A DNA stretch of 64,000 bases. Source: Tubulanus polymorphus. Lineage: Eukaryota; Animalia; Nemertea. This document shows positions 1-11,638 of this stretch, one piece after another. The notes beneath the pieces were generated by a model. The model saw nothing but the letters and a program-made list of their open reading frames with translations. It was not told the origin of the DNA and ran no database searches. Every line of letters begins with the position of its first letter. The stretch's first letter is position 1. The translations under genes and the position numbers were made by a program. Location of the stretch: NCBI RefSeq assembly GCF_964204645.1, contig NC_134025.1, positions 20,745,101-20,809,100 of the forward strand, in the 5' to 3' direction.

Positions 1-906
1 GTCAATAAAGTTATTCCAAACTTCACATCAACCGATGGATTCCGCGTAAGAGTGTACTGTGAGGGTATAGGGTGTCAACATTGCCTTGGCGATCATCGCT
101 CAGCTGACTGTCCGTCACGATTTAAGTGTTTCAAATGTGGCGCCGCAGAGCATAAAGCTCGTGATTGTACCGTGACTCTGAGCGACACGATATCCAACGA
201 AGGGCGTGACTATTGCGAGAAAACGTCAAGCGAACCGCTGTCCAATACTATTACAAATAATGTATTAGTAATCGGTGATTCTAACCTCCGTGACTTCGAG
301 TTTCCGAATGGCACGGTTAATTGCCAGCCTGGTGCTAGCGGTGAAAAGATTTCATCGCTTCTGAATAAAGCTGACAATCAGATTCTAGATCGATCGTCGA
401 TTACTGACGTTATTCTCCACTTAGGTACAAACGATATAAGTAACAACAAAAATGACAGTGACACTGTAGTGGTGAATCTGTCCTTAGCCATGGCTAAAAC
501 GACGGAACATTTCAATGAAGCCCAGATTCACTTCTCTAGTATCATTCCAAGAAAAGGTAACTCCAACAACGTAAAAGAGTACAACAGCCTTGCAATAGCA
601 GTTAACAACCATATCGGGAAACTATGCGCGGAACAGAATATCATGTTTATTGATAATGACACTATATTGAAACTTAAACCGTCTGGTAAAGCTTTGGACC
701 ACTTTTATTCGCCGACCGATAAAAGTGGTATTCACCTCAGTGAAACCGGCAAGCTTGCATTGCTTAAACACTTTTGCGAGGCAATAGATGGCGTCACTAG
801 TGATGCTTTCTGCACACCGACCTTGGCAAAACGAAAGGAGAGATCACTATCCGGAACACCACCTTCAATAGAAAAAACCAGGAAAAAACAATACGTTGAA
901 TATTAG
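1..906 (+). CDS. LINE ORF1 (5'-partial): two CCHC zinc knuckles plus an SGNH/GDSL esterase domain
   Basis: Frame is open from base 1 (VNKVIPNFTSTDGFRVRVY...). Knuckles CQHCLGDHRSADC and CFKCGAAEHKARDC. SGNH blocks VIGDSNLR, PGA, HLGTND and DKSGIH. Confidence 0.85.
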   Translation, partial: VNKVIPNFTSTDGFRVRVYCEGIGCQHCLGDHRSADCPSRFKCFKCGAAEHKARDCTVTLSDTISNEGRDYCEKTSSEPLSNTITNNVLVIGDSNLRDFEFPNGTVNCQPGASGEKISSLLNKADNQILDRSSITDVILHLGTNDISNNKNDSDTVVVNLSLAMAKTTEHFNEAQIHFSSIIPRKGNSNNVKEYNSLAIAVNNHIGKLCAEQNIMFIDNDTILKLKPSGKALDHFYSPTDKSGIHLSETGKLALLKHFCEAIDGVTSDAFCTPTLAKRKERSLSGTPPSIEKTRKKQYVEY

Positions 907-931
907 TCAAACACCATGACTTGTTATTTGT

Positions 932-2758
932 ATGAAAAGCTCAGTAACTGATATACCTTGTACAAACAACAGTTGTTTGTACTTTAATGTTGACGAGGAT
1001 TCTCCTCTTGAACGGGGAAGTCTATCCATCATTTCTCATAACATCAGAAGTGTCAACAAAAATTTTGACAGTTTAACTGATTTTTTGAATTGTTGTAATG
1101 GTCAATTTTCGGTCATTGGTTTGACCGAGACTTGGACTAATTCAAATAATTCTAACTCCAATTTGTATAGAATTAACGGTTACACGAGTATTTTTAAATC
1201 CCGCGCCAATGGTCAACTTGGTGGCGGCGTAGCTCTCTTCCTAAAGGAAAATTTCAATTTCAAAGTACGGACAGACTTATCAACTAGGAATCATACTTTC
1301 GAATCTTTATTCATCGAAATTGTTTTAGGTAAAAAATCCAATATTATTATTGGAGTAATATATAGACCTCCAGGAGGAAAATTACCAACTTTTCAAGATG
1401 AATTTGAACTCAAAATTGCGAAAGTTTGTCCTTTGTTTAAATCCGGAGCCCCTAATTCTTTAAATAATTATCGACCCATATCTTTGCTTCCTAGCTTCTC
1501 AAAAATTCTGGAAAAACTAGTTTACAACAGATTGGTTTCCTTTTGTAACAAACAGGATATTGTAATCCCATACCAGTTTGGCTTTCGTTCAAAACATTCA
1601 ACAGACTTGGCATTAACCAAGGTTGTTGATAATCTTTCTGAAGCCTTGGAAAATAAGAATATTACTATTGGATTATTCTTGGACCTGTCTAAGGCATTCG
1701 ACACCGTTAACCATGACATTTTGTTAATGAAGCTTGATTATTACGGAATCCGAGGTGTTCCTCATGATTGGTTTAAAAGCTACCTGACTGACAGGAGTCA
1801 AGTTTTAAGTTTCAACAATACCTTATCGTCTCCATTAAATATATCAATTGGTGTACCCCAGGGTTCTATTCTAGGCCCTTTGCTCTTTTTATTATACGTT
1901 AACGATTGCGTTAATGCGTCCAAATTACTCCATTTTATCCTCTTTGCCGATGACACGAATTGTTTTTATAGTAACTCTAATATCAAAGAATTGGTTTCCA
2001 TAGTAAAATCTGAACTGGCGAAACTTGGCATCTGGTATCAAGTAAACAAACTTTCAATAAATATTGCGAAATGCCGCTTTATGATTTTTGGTCGTGTAGA
2101 TCACTTTAATTCTTCCATTTGGTTAAATGGAGAATTAATCAAACGTGTACATAGTACGAATTTTCTTGGTCTTTTTATAGATGACAAATTAAATTGGGAT
2201 GTCCATATCAAATATGTCTGCAGTAAAGTGTCACGCTCCATTGGAATTTTAACCAGATTAAAAAAGCATTTCCCATCAAATATCCTTATTACCCTTTATT
2301 ATAGTTTTGTTTATCCTCATTTACAATATTGTAATTTAATCTGGGGAAGTTATTATGCAAACAAGCTTAATCCACTAATTTTACTACAAAAAAGAGCAGT
2401 AAGAATAGTTAATAAGTCTCATTTCCTAGAACACACTGACCCTATCTTCAAGAAATTGAATATCCTAAAATTTAGACATATTACAAAATTTCAATTGAGT
2501 CTATTTATGTTCAAATTCAATAATTCAAAATTGCCAAATTCCTTTAATCGGTATTTCAAAAAGAATGTTGATATACACTTGTATTCAACCAGAAATATGA
2601 ATTCTTTTCGTGTTGCCAGATTTCGGACTAACAAAACACAATTCACAGTAAAAATTTCTGGTCCTGTTGTCTGGAATAATTTGCCAAAAAGTTTAAAACA
2701 ACTGTCGTGTATAGATACTTTCAAAAGAAAACTTAAATTGTATCTAATGAATTTGTAA
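932..2758 (+). CDS. LINE ORF2: truncated APE endonuclease fused in frame to an intact reverse transcriptase
   Basis: Endonuclease motifs HNIRS, IGLTETW, GGGVA, IYRPP. RT motifs NYRPISLL, QFGFR, FLDLSKAFD, GVPQGSILGPLLF, FADD, FLG. C-terminal GPVVWNNLP...FKRKLK. Confidence 0.92.
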   Translation: MKSSVTDIPCTNNSCLYFNVDEDSPLERGSLSIISHNIRSVNKNFDSLTDFLNCCNGQFSVIGLTETWTNSNNSNSNLYRINGYTSIFKSRANGQLGGGVALFLKENFNFKVRTDLSTRNHTFESLFIEIVLGKKSNIIIGVIYRPPGGKLPTFQDEFELKIAKVCPLFKSGAPNSLNNYRPISLLPSFSKILEKLVYNRLVSFCNKQDIVIPYQFGFRSKHSTDLALTKVVDNLSEALENKNITIGLFLDLSKAFDTVNHDILLMKLDYYGIRGVPHDWFKSYLTDRSQVLSFNNTLSSPLNISIGVPQGSILGPLLFLLYVNDCVNASKLLHFILFADDTNCFYSNSNIKELVSIVKSELAKLGIWYQVNKLSINIAKCRFMIFGRVDHFNSSIWLNGELIKRVHSTNFLGLFIDDKLNWDVHIKYVCSKVSRSIGILTRLKKHFPSNILITLYYSFVYPHLQYCNLIWGSYYANKLNPLILLQKRAVRIVNKSHFLEHTDPIFKKLNILKFRHITKFQLSLFMFKFNNSKLPNSFNRYFKKNVDIHLYSTRNMNSFRVARFRTNKTQFTVKISGPVVWNNLPKSLKQLSCIDTFKRKLKLYLMNL

Positions 2759-3050
2759 TTAATCTGTCTGTATCTGTCATCTATTACCAGATTGTAAGAG
2801 TGAATGAAAGATAGTGTGATTGACCGCCTGAGTGACTACGTGAGTGGGTGCATGTTGGGTGAAGGTGTATGACTGCATGTGTGTATGAGTTGAGTGAATC
2901 GGTGTATGCTAGGGGATTAGAGATTTTATAAGCCTTCATTGGCTTCATCTAATCTCCTCCACATTATATTAAAACATTTCATATTTGTATATCTCTTTAT
3001 GACATGTTGTAATTTTATTACGGAAATAAATTTTTTATTATTATTATTAA

Positions 3051-3392
3051 TTAGGCACGGGCCAAAATTGGCTCGAGACCGATCCGTGCCAATTTGGCCC
3101 TGGCCATAAACGTCAGACCAGGCCCGTGCCAATTTTTAGCACCAGACATATGATTGCGTTTGAATTGCAACTGGCCCCGGAAATGATCCACACGGAGCCA
3201 AATTTGGCACGGGCCAAAAATGCTTGTGTGATCGCGGCTATTATTCAAATTCCGGAAATAACTCACTTCGCTTTGTTTGAGCATTGTTTAGTATCGAGTG
3301 AATGGTTGGCGTGTGAACGCGCTCTCTAATTAGGCGCGGGCCAGATATGGCCCGAGCCTGATCCGTGCAAAATCCGTGTGATCGTGGCTATA
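3051..3392. mobile_element. Non-autonomous DNA element built of GGCACGGGCCAAA-type repeats (possibly a Harbinger-like MITE)
   Basis: Repeated GGCACGGGCCAAA/GGCCCGTGCC units and terminus CGTGTGATCG(C/T)GGCTA at about 3225 and 3375. Related copies at about 26449-26590 (reverse) and 52475-52523. Confidence 0.6.
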
Positions 3393-4825
3393 ATTTCGGG
3401 ATGACTTCATTGTTTCATTCGAACGTAAACATTTTTCTTTCTTTTTTCCAGGATCTAGCGCATTTGTACTTCGGATACGAAACTATTGCGTGCATTTCTG
3501 TCAGAGATTACGTGACATGCGACGGAAAACAGCCTTTCGCGTCTGCCCCGAAAGACTCGTTCGTAGCTTTACAAATCAAGCATCTTAAATGAAACGATAA
3601 TCAATCTCATCTTGGGATATAGTCGACTAAATGTTGGACAATGGAACGATGGTCTTTTGTATCGGTTGCGACGAAGATTGAACTTATTCGAGTAACATAC
3701 TTTATTCAGTAGACACCACACAAGCGGGATCTTCTTAAAACCCTTAAGACGTACTTCGCCACTATTTGCACCAAAATGAATATTGTTAATGTTTTCTTTC
3801 TTGCTTGAGGGCGTAGGACCTTTCAAATGATTTGAGTGACTTGTGTGTCCTCCTTTATTGCAACATGCACAGAAATTGAGAAAAACAGTTTACGTCGGTT
3901 AAAGTAATGAAATATTGATGATTGAAATATGTGTTAACGGTATGCATAGAGTTGGTATATTGTGAAATGGTATAATATCTTGTGATCTCGTTTTCATTAT
4001 ACTGTATTATTCGCATTCAATATAATCTCGTTGGTTTGTGTCACGTCGGTTATATTATACGCCATTTAGAATGAGCCCGGAAGAGAGATTTTCGTTGCCA
4101 TACCTACGGCGGTTGATTCGTGAACGGTGGATCCGCGTGAGTGTATAGACGGCATGCGTTCAATTAAGCTCAAGAATGGTTAATGTCGTCGTCGATTACG
4201 TGCGTTATATGTACTTATGCGCAAGCATTTCGATCTAAAACGCACGTGACAGGTATTTATTTCAATCTAGGCACACATAGTCCGGAAAACCCAAATTTAT
4301 TTATTATGTATGCATAAAATGCATCTATATATACTAGTGCATTTGTGACAATTGGTTCATTCCCTCAGCTCAGCATTTATCTACGCAGTTTAGCACGTGA
4401 AGCAGAACCACTTTATCGCTCGTGGGCTCGAGGATGGCGATACAGTTTCTAAAAACAATACTAGCGGCCACACGTTTCACTCACGCCCCCATCAAAGAAG
4501 GCAAAATTGGACACTGAAAAATAGATATTCAAAAGGTTAGAATGTTACCAAAGCTGTCAAAATCCATCGAGTAACCGGTGAAATTTATACGTATGTTTGT
4601 TAAAACGCACATCGCAAATACTTTTCAAAATGGCCTAACAATGCAGGATAAAAAGTACCCTAACAAAATGGTGGTTAGCAACTGTACAATTTTTTTATAG
4701 TACACACCGAGGACTTGTATGCATTCGCGCCCGATTAGTTGTTTTTAAGAATATAACACATTCGATAGTCACACCATAAAATACAGCACATTCGGGAACA
4801 AATATCTATTGTAAAAATTGTTACG

Positions 4826-5043
4826 TATGGTGGCTGATTCGGGACATGCAAAAGTTTTTTGCACCCTCCACGAAAACGCACAAAAACAAACTTTTAACGC
4901 GCAAAAAAAAATATTCCATGTTTGCGCGCTAAAAGTTTGTTTTTGTGCGGTAATATTTGTTTTTGTGCAATAAGATTTTTTTTTGCGCATTTTCGTGGAG
5001 AGGATGAAAAAAAATGTTTACATGTCCCGAATCAGCCACCATA
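4826..5043. mobile_element. MITE with long TIRs and a 6-bp TSD
   Basis: TATGGTGGCTGATTCGGGACATG at 4826 with its perfect reverse complement ending at 5043; imperfect arms extend inward. GTTACG flanks both sides (4820-4825, 5044-5049). Confidence 0.85.
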
Positions 5044-5319
5044 GTTACGCGATAGATCCTCAATGATTGCAATAATCCTGTAAAAGAGGGGCGTACCGAG
5101 AAAGGGTTAGGCATTTTTCAAGCTACTGATGAAGCATTCCATAGGTTTTGAGCATGAGAATATATTTTCTTTTCGGAATCCTCACAAAAACTGGTTGGAT
5201 TCCGAATGATCCGATGGAAGGTCTACACTGTATCTCTATTTTTTGCCTATTTTAAAGAAAACAAAGCTGGAATGTCGGTGATACAAACATGTATTTCTGT
5301 ACATGCGTTAAACATCATG

Positions 5320-6230
5320 GACTTTGAAAAAGATTATTATCGATGAATTTGTGAAGTTTTTTTTGTTGATGCACCATTTTCCAAATGCATTTCGAGATCT
5401 AGACGCGCGTAAACTGCTTCCATCGAAGTTCGATAGATGGCGACCTGGTGGATCATTCGAAACGCTGTGTCATCCCATTCAGATCATCCAGATATCACGA
5501 TATGAAATAGATTTGATTCGGGACAATTGATTTTGTAAACGCCGCAATGGACACTGGGATTCAGATTATCATTCGAACTAAAATTAGAAATGTTGTTGTT
5601 ATATTAATCAAAAATGAAATCAGTATTTAAATGACGGGGAACAGAATCAGATTCATCCAGACAAGAGACAAAAGGAAGTATAGTACTTTAGGCGCACCAA
5701 GAACATCTAAGAAGGTAGTTTTCACATTTTGTTCCCGTTCAAAGATAGATTTCAAAGGATTTATTAAAAAGGTCAAAAGAGATTCAAGATTTACACTTGA
5801 CACCAAATATGAAATATCACCATCCTATCCTTTCTTTCACTAGTCCGTTGACCTGCTTACAAACAATGTTTGATAACTCGGTATGGGTATTATGACATGA
5901 CCTCAAATACGTGAACTTCTCAACATCAAGTAAGGATCCAAAGGTGGTAAGGCTCAAGTTCTGAGAAGAAAATGTCTCTTGTGTTAAATGATTAAGAACC
6001 TTGGCAGGAGAGACGATAACTTGGTTTTCTCGGATATCAAGACGATTAGAACATTTAGAAATTTAATAGACCGAAGCACCAGCTTGGAGAGTTTTCTTTG
6101 CCCTTGTAACTTTCTAGAAAGCTTACTGCACGTATGTGGCAGTGTTCAACGTCACTAACCGGAGCCTGTAACGATTGAGAGTTTGACGATAGCTGAATAA
6201 AGGGGACCTGGCCCAGATCATCAAAAACGG
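5320..6230 (-). mobile_element. Highly decayed Penelope-like retroelement (RT and GIY-YIG remnants)
   Basis: Minus-strand peptides LVSSVNLESLLT (cf. LVSFDVxSLFT), FLDVL, LPFV and CGVYKINCPESNLFHI (GIY-YIG-like, about 5495-5546), broken by stops and frameshifts. Confidence 0.6.
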
Positions 6231-6244
6231 TGGCAGCATTCAGC

Positions 6245-7196
6245 GGCTTGACAATACATGAAAATCTGAACTGGAAACCACATATCGACAAAATACACAA
6301 GAAAATTTCACAAATTACTGGTATCATAAACAAAACTAAAAACATCCTAGACACACAAAATTTACTTTCTCTTTACTACACCTTAGTCTATCCTCATTTG
6401 AACTATGGCTTGTTGGCTTGGGGCCACTCGCCTTATAATAAAAAATGCCTCCTAATCCAAAAGAAGATTGTTCGAATAATCACCAACTCTAAGTACACTG
6501 CACACACAGACCCACTTTTTAAAAATCTTGAAATCCTCAAAATCAATGATGTCCTCATCCTTAAAACTGCACTTTTTATTCAAAACACCATCAAATCTTC
6601 ACCCCATTACTTTTCTAATTACTTCACCGCGGAAAACTTATCTCCTTTAGTCAACATCAGAAAAAGCATATATTTAGACCACGCATATTCTTTATTTTCA
6701 AAACAAACACCGCCAACCCCGCATCAAAATTCACCTCAAAACATTCTTTCAAACATCTGGCAAAAACTACCTTTTTCCAATGATATCCTACAAACAAGCA
6801 AACAAAATTTAAAACGTAAACTCAGACCATATCTCACCTCCACCTACAATGATATCCATCAATGTAATAACCCTAATTGTTATAATTGCTCACTCTCCTG
6901 AACCCTCTAGCTTACTCATATAAACTCTCCTGAAATTATCAAAAATCATCAACTTTCATTTCCTTCCACTTTATTTCTTCATTTCCCTTTCGTTTTTTTT
7001 TCCCTGGGTGCTTGCGACAGCGGCCTAAAGGCTTTGCTTGGCCCACACTGAAAGCTACTGTCCTCTCTCTCTCTTTTATAATTGTGCTTTGTTTAAAAAA
7101 ATTGTAAATTTTATTGTTTGTTTTCTCTCAACCTGTGTACATAGCCTGTCATGCTTTCTGTGAAATAAATTTGAACTTGAACTTGAACTTGAACTT
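6245..7196 (+). mobile_element. 5'-truncated L2/CR1-group LINE: ORF2 C-terminus, 3' UTR and (TTGAAC)n tail
   Basis: ORF 6230-6901 (GLTIHENLNWKPHI...LYYTLVYPHLNYG..WG..QKKIVRII..HTDPLFKNL) is homologous to the C-terminus of ORF 932-2758. AATAAA then TTGAAC repeats at 7170-7196. Confidence 0.88.
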
Positions 7197-9065
7197 TACA
7201 ACAGGTGTTTGTCAAATTTAGTAAATAGATTTTCCGAAGGGAGAGTGTGATAAACGCTGTGAGCTACGCTAAATTAGATATCATATCCTCAATTCTTCAA
7301 TATCACTTCAAAGAGTCTCTGCAATCGTAAACTCCTTGCATCGAAGTTCGATAGAGGGCGACCTGGTGCATCATAACATGCCTTGAAAACTAATCGAATC
7401 TACTAGTGAGCACGGAATTCATACGTCATGTGATAGGTGTGTAAATTTTATGATGTGTATCATTGCTTTTCACCCTCTCAGATTAGAAATACAAAACGAA
7501 TGTCCATTTCCAATAGGTTACGCCGCATCTTTTCTGGTGGTAAGTGGAAACTGGACCCGTTACTCATTTACTCATAGCAGGGGCAGGAGTTGAACTAGGG
7601 GTTCACACGTCAACGGCCACAAAACGTTTATTGGCTTTCTGAGACTCATTTTGAGGACGTGGGTAAAACAACCATGGCTGAAGTATCTATCGCTAGGTTG
7701 CTAGGCTTGTTCATTAGAGTATATTTCAGGAAATAATTTTACCCTATTCATGGGAAGGTAGATCACAACTCATTTCTGGTGAACTTTGGGGCACCTTTGT
7801 TCACCGGCAACTAGTGTTACTGTTCGTCTTCCGCGTGTTTAAGTCCGAATGTTTAATGTAGTTTTTTTCACGAGTAGATGATGATGTGAATGCCCTCTAA
7901 GTTAACAAATGCATAAAGGCTAAGTCTTATTTCTCAGAGGCGTCACCGGGATTTTCAAGTGGGTTCAGAATTGATACAAGCGGAAGTATATGCCATACTT
8001 CGCCAAGCGCCGAAGGCAAACGAGCATTTCTGAATTTCTGAAAGTGCTTGAAGCTTCTCGAATAGTTTTAATTTCTGAAATTCGACGACTTAGAGGCGTT
8101 TACTAGAACTTCAAAGGCAAAATATTCATGAGACTTTCGGAATATGAAAAAAATAAAATTTAAAACTCAAGTAATTGCAGAACTGGGATTGAAAAGGGTT
8201 TGAAAATTCCGCAACCCGGCCCCCTCTAACGATTCTCTCAGATCTAAATTTATCCGTTTTTCCGAGTGTTCCGTATCATATATATATATATGCCCCACGG
8301 GGCGCAGAAAATTGAAGTTGCAATGAAAGCTATGGTATCAGACAAATTGCATTCGTGAAGACTCGAATTCCAATATCATAATCGTTTTTGTTAATGAATA
8401 TTTCATGAATGCGGAGAGATAAATGCTTCTAGATCAATGCGTATAGACACAAGCGGTACCGCGTTTAAGGCGAAAACGTCTTAGCCGCATTATAAACAGC
8501 CTAATCGACAAAATAGTCAATGACCTTACGAAAAGCCTTTCATCGCGGCGTTCTTTACTACTTTACTACATTTTTATAGGTTTTTACCTGAATTTCGAAA
8601 GAAGAATGCGTTGTGTGATACACATGAGAGTGAAGTGGTGAGTGTGCGAGTTCGGTTCAAGTGTTCTTGACGTCTTGTACTTCACACTCCTGTTCATCTA
8701 TTGTGCTGCTACAACACGTGCCTTTGGCCGGTTAAAATACAATGCAAATAGCCAAATTTCTTATAAAAACTAGTTTTCGTTCCTCTAGACGCGGGTGTCA
8801 GCCTCGATTACCTGGCCCAGGTCATATTTCGGTTAGATACAAATATACACTCACTTAATTTATTCTTAATTAATAGCTAAATAATGATCACCCATAAATA
8901 GTTCTGTAGACAATTATGTATTTCGATTTGAACAGAAAATTCTGTAGATTCAGGGGCGGATCCAAGGGGGTTGCCCAGAAATTCTAAGAGCAAAATGAAA
9001 AATACCAATTATAGAATATCTATCAACTGACGCTTAAAAAGTTACAAACAGTTTACAAGTTTGTG

Positions 9066-9196
9066 TTGTGACGATAATATAGCGAGAATCCCACAATAAA
9101 GACGAGCAAGTCCGAAAACATTTTCGGGCTTCATTCATTCATTAAAAATTAAGTTTTTCGTCTTTATTGTGGGATTCTCGTTTATTATCGTCACAA
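9066..9196. repeat. Palindromic mini-element of the Penelope-terminus family (no ribozyme core)
   Basis: Arms TTGTGACGATAA..CGAGAATCCCACAATAAAGACGA and TCGTCTTTATTGTGGGATTCTCG..TTATCGTCACAA. The same motif follows the hammerhead at about 16.0, 23.6, 27.5 and 61.1 kb. Confidence 0.8.
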
Positions 9197-11592
9197 TGGC
9201 GAAATCAAATGGTGAAATTTCCGTGGATGATTCAGTAAACGTTCGTCGAATTGTCAAAGGCTAAGCTCTGAAGGGAACGTCTCGGTTATCGTCTTGATAA
9301 TGAGGACGTAATGACGCGTCAATTAAGGTTTTACCATTTGCATTTTTTGTCCGAGTCTGCGCGATCGCAGGCAGCGTGCGGTGTCTCGAAGCGGCGCTTC
9401 AAGAACACCACTGTCGCATTAAGAGTTACACAAATTCCATCCCACTTCCCGTTGTGCCTAATTCAATAAATTTGTTTTTACAGAAAACACACGACACATC
9501 CGATTGAAAGCTAATTACACGCCTTGTCGTCTTAATTCGGAGAAGAATGCCGGCCATTTCAAACTATCCGCCCGGCCCATATGGTCGGTTATTACGCGTA
9601 TACCGCTAGGCAGGGCAACTTCAATATCGCGTTTCTTCGGTTAGTGTTTAGATAGGCAAGGTAGGTACATAAATCGTTTCTAGAATGTCCCGTACCATTA
9701 AGAGTAAAACCACATATTCGAATCGTCACAGAGTGAGTTAATTATTCACGTACGTACATTCACATTAAGCTACTTTTTAGACATCTGTAAAAATATACAT
9801 TATGCAGTGACGACGTCACTTTCTATGAAATATTTCAATACGGATGCATAAGCATAATTTTTCATGTTTGTTTCTGTTGTTTTCTTTTCACCATAGTCAT
9901 TATTCGCGGAAGAAACGGGCATGTTTTCGCTTGGCCTCAGCGGTCGATGAATTCGAGATGTTCGGCGTTAAAGTGGGAAGATTCGAAAATGTTTGCGTAG
10001 TCGCGATAATAATGGCCACAATGAGATCAGCAACATATGCCGGCGGAATACCTTACGATCAAATTAGTGAATAAATCAGAATGGGATGATGGAATATGGC
10101 TCCTGGAGTCAAAACCGATAATTCCATGATTAGCTTAAGCCAGGGGATAAGAAGTTGATAGCTTAAGAAGTTGATAGCTTATGTCGCAAGGACCCAGTTC
10201 CAAGGTTTTACGTAAAAGTTTGACTATAACATTGAAAATGAACTCACTTCAACTCCGACTTTAGGAGTCGAACTATTATATAGGCGCTGCAGGTCTGGAT
10301 GCCTACAGTACAGTGTAGACTTGAGGCCAAGATGTACAACAGACCTATTAGGTTTAATAATTAAATTAAGTTTGAAAATTTAAAGCTTATAGTCATATAA
10401 CAGACTGTTTCGGCATAACATCGCTCTCGATTGTAGGAACTGCCCCGGGTACTGTCTTGTACCAGGATGTCTCCTTGGAAAATGCCAGGGAATTAGGCTT
10501 TTTGTTAAAGTAAACCCCTTTTGGGGTCCCGCTTTGTTCATTACTACGATATAGATATACGTTCACATAACTATCATTTCTTTTATGTAATGGTGATAAC
10601 TGTATTGTACTTTTGGTTAAAAAAAATTACGTATTATATTTTATTTTTAGCTTTGTTCTTTGTTTGTTTTTGTTTTACCATACTTATTATCTCTATTATT
10701 GTTTTTCTTTCCTTTTTAAAGCGCCATCAATTTCACCAGCTTCGGTTTTCTTTCTATCGTCCTTACTGTTGCATAACCCATTAGACTAATTGTACCTTAT
10801 TTTTTCTATGTATGATGTTTCTATGTTTATACGTAATTTCAATTTATTCAGAAATATAATAATATAGAAACTCTATATTCATTTGTGAGCCCTTTAAGAG
10901 TTTGAAATGAGTACGCTTGTTCGAACATCTACTGTAGAAGTGACTATCCTCTTCTACCGTGTACGGTCCAAATGAATAACGCACACGACATCCCGTTAAA
11001 AACCGTGTGTCGTGGACACAATTTTCATGTGCAAAAGAATGGCAAGTGTGACATCAGTAGTAATCAACAGGTGAAAATGGTCACAAACGCGATTCAGCAG
11101 TCTACTTGTGGCCCTTGACGTCAAATAGGTTACAGGATTACCGGCGTAGACATTTTGCTAGATGGCACTTAGTAGCGTGGCACGGGTAGACGAGGTACTT
11201 CTCTAGAAAACCAGCTGTCGGTCTTCTAGCACACCTAACGAAAAAGCTAACCAACAGAAATATACGATTGAGCCCGTGTTATTATTGAATCCGAAGCGAT
11301 CACAAACGATGGGCCTTTATTTACTTGAGATCGTGACCTAAAATGGACTAATCGGGTTTGAATGTGTGATTAACAACTTATGTCAATATTTTCGATTATC
11401 TAATTCGCTCGTGATATATCTCCCATGCATCGTTATATAACGATTAAACATTCGATTGACTCGATAAATAAACTACCGTATTTGAACTCAACTAATGAAC
11501 TTCAATTCGACGAGTTAATGGTTTCCATAGACAAGTGGCTGTCCAATATCAATAGTCGACAAAAACCCACAATAAAAAGAAAAACAATCTGA

Positions 11593-11638
11593 TAGTTTGA
11601 CGTTTCGACTCAAATCTATGAGCCATTTTCAAAAACTA
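11593..11638 (-). ncRNA. Minimal type I hammerhead ribozyme motif, U3-A8 core variant
   Basis: Minus strand TAGTTT-TTGAAAA-T-GGCTCA-TAGATT-TGAGTC-GAAA-CG-TC-AAACTA: 6-bp stem I, 6-bp stem II (one G-U), palindromic ACGT helix III, GUC cleavage site. Confidence 0.72.

Larger units (their letters stand above)
1..3050 (+). mobile_element. Non-LTR retrotransposon (L2/CR1 group, Crack/Daphne-like); 5' end lies outside the window; ORF1, internally deleted ORF2, 3' UTR and (TTA)n tail
   Basis: Two consecutive stop-free ORFs (to 906; 932-2758). 3' UTR stem-loop GGGGATTAGA...AAGCC...GGCTT...TCTAATCTCC at about 2912-2958. AATAAA at about 3025 followed by a (TTA)n tail. Confidence 0.93.
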
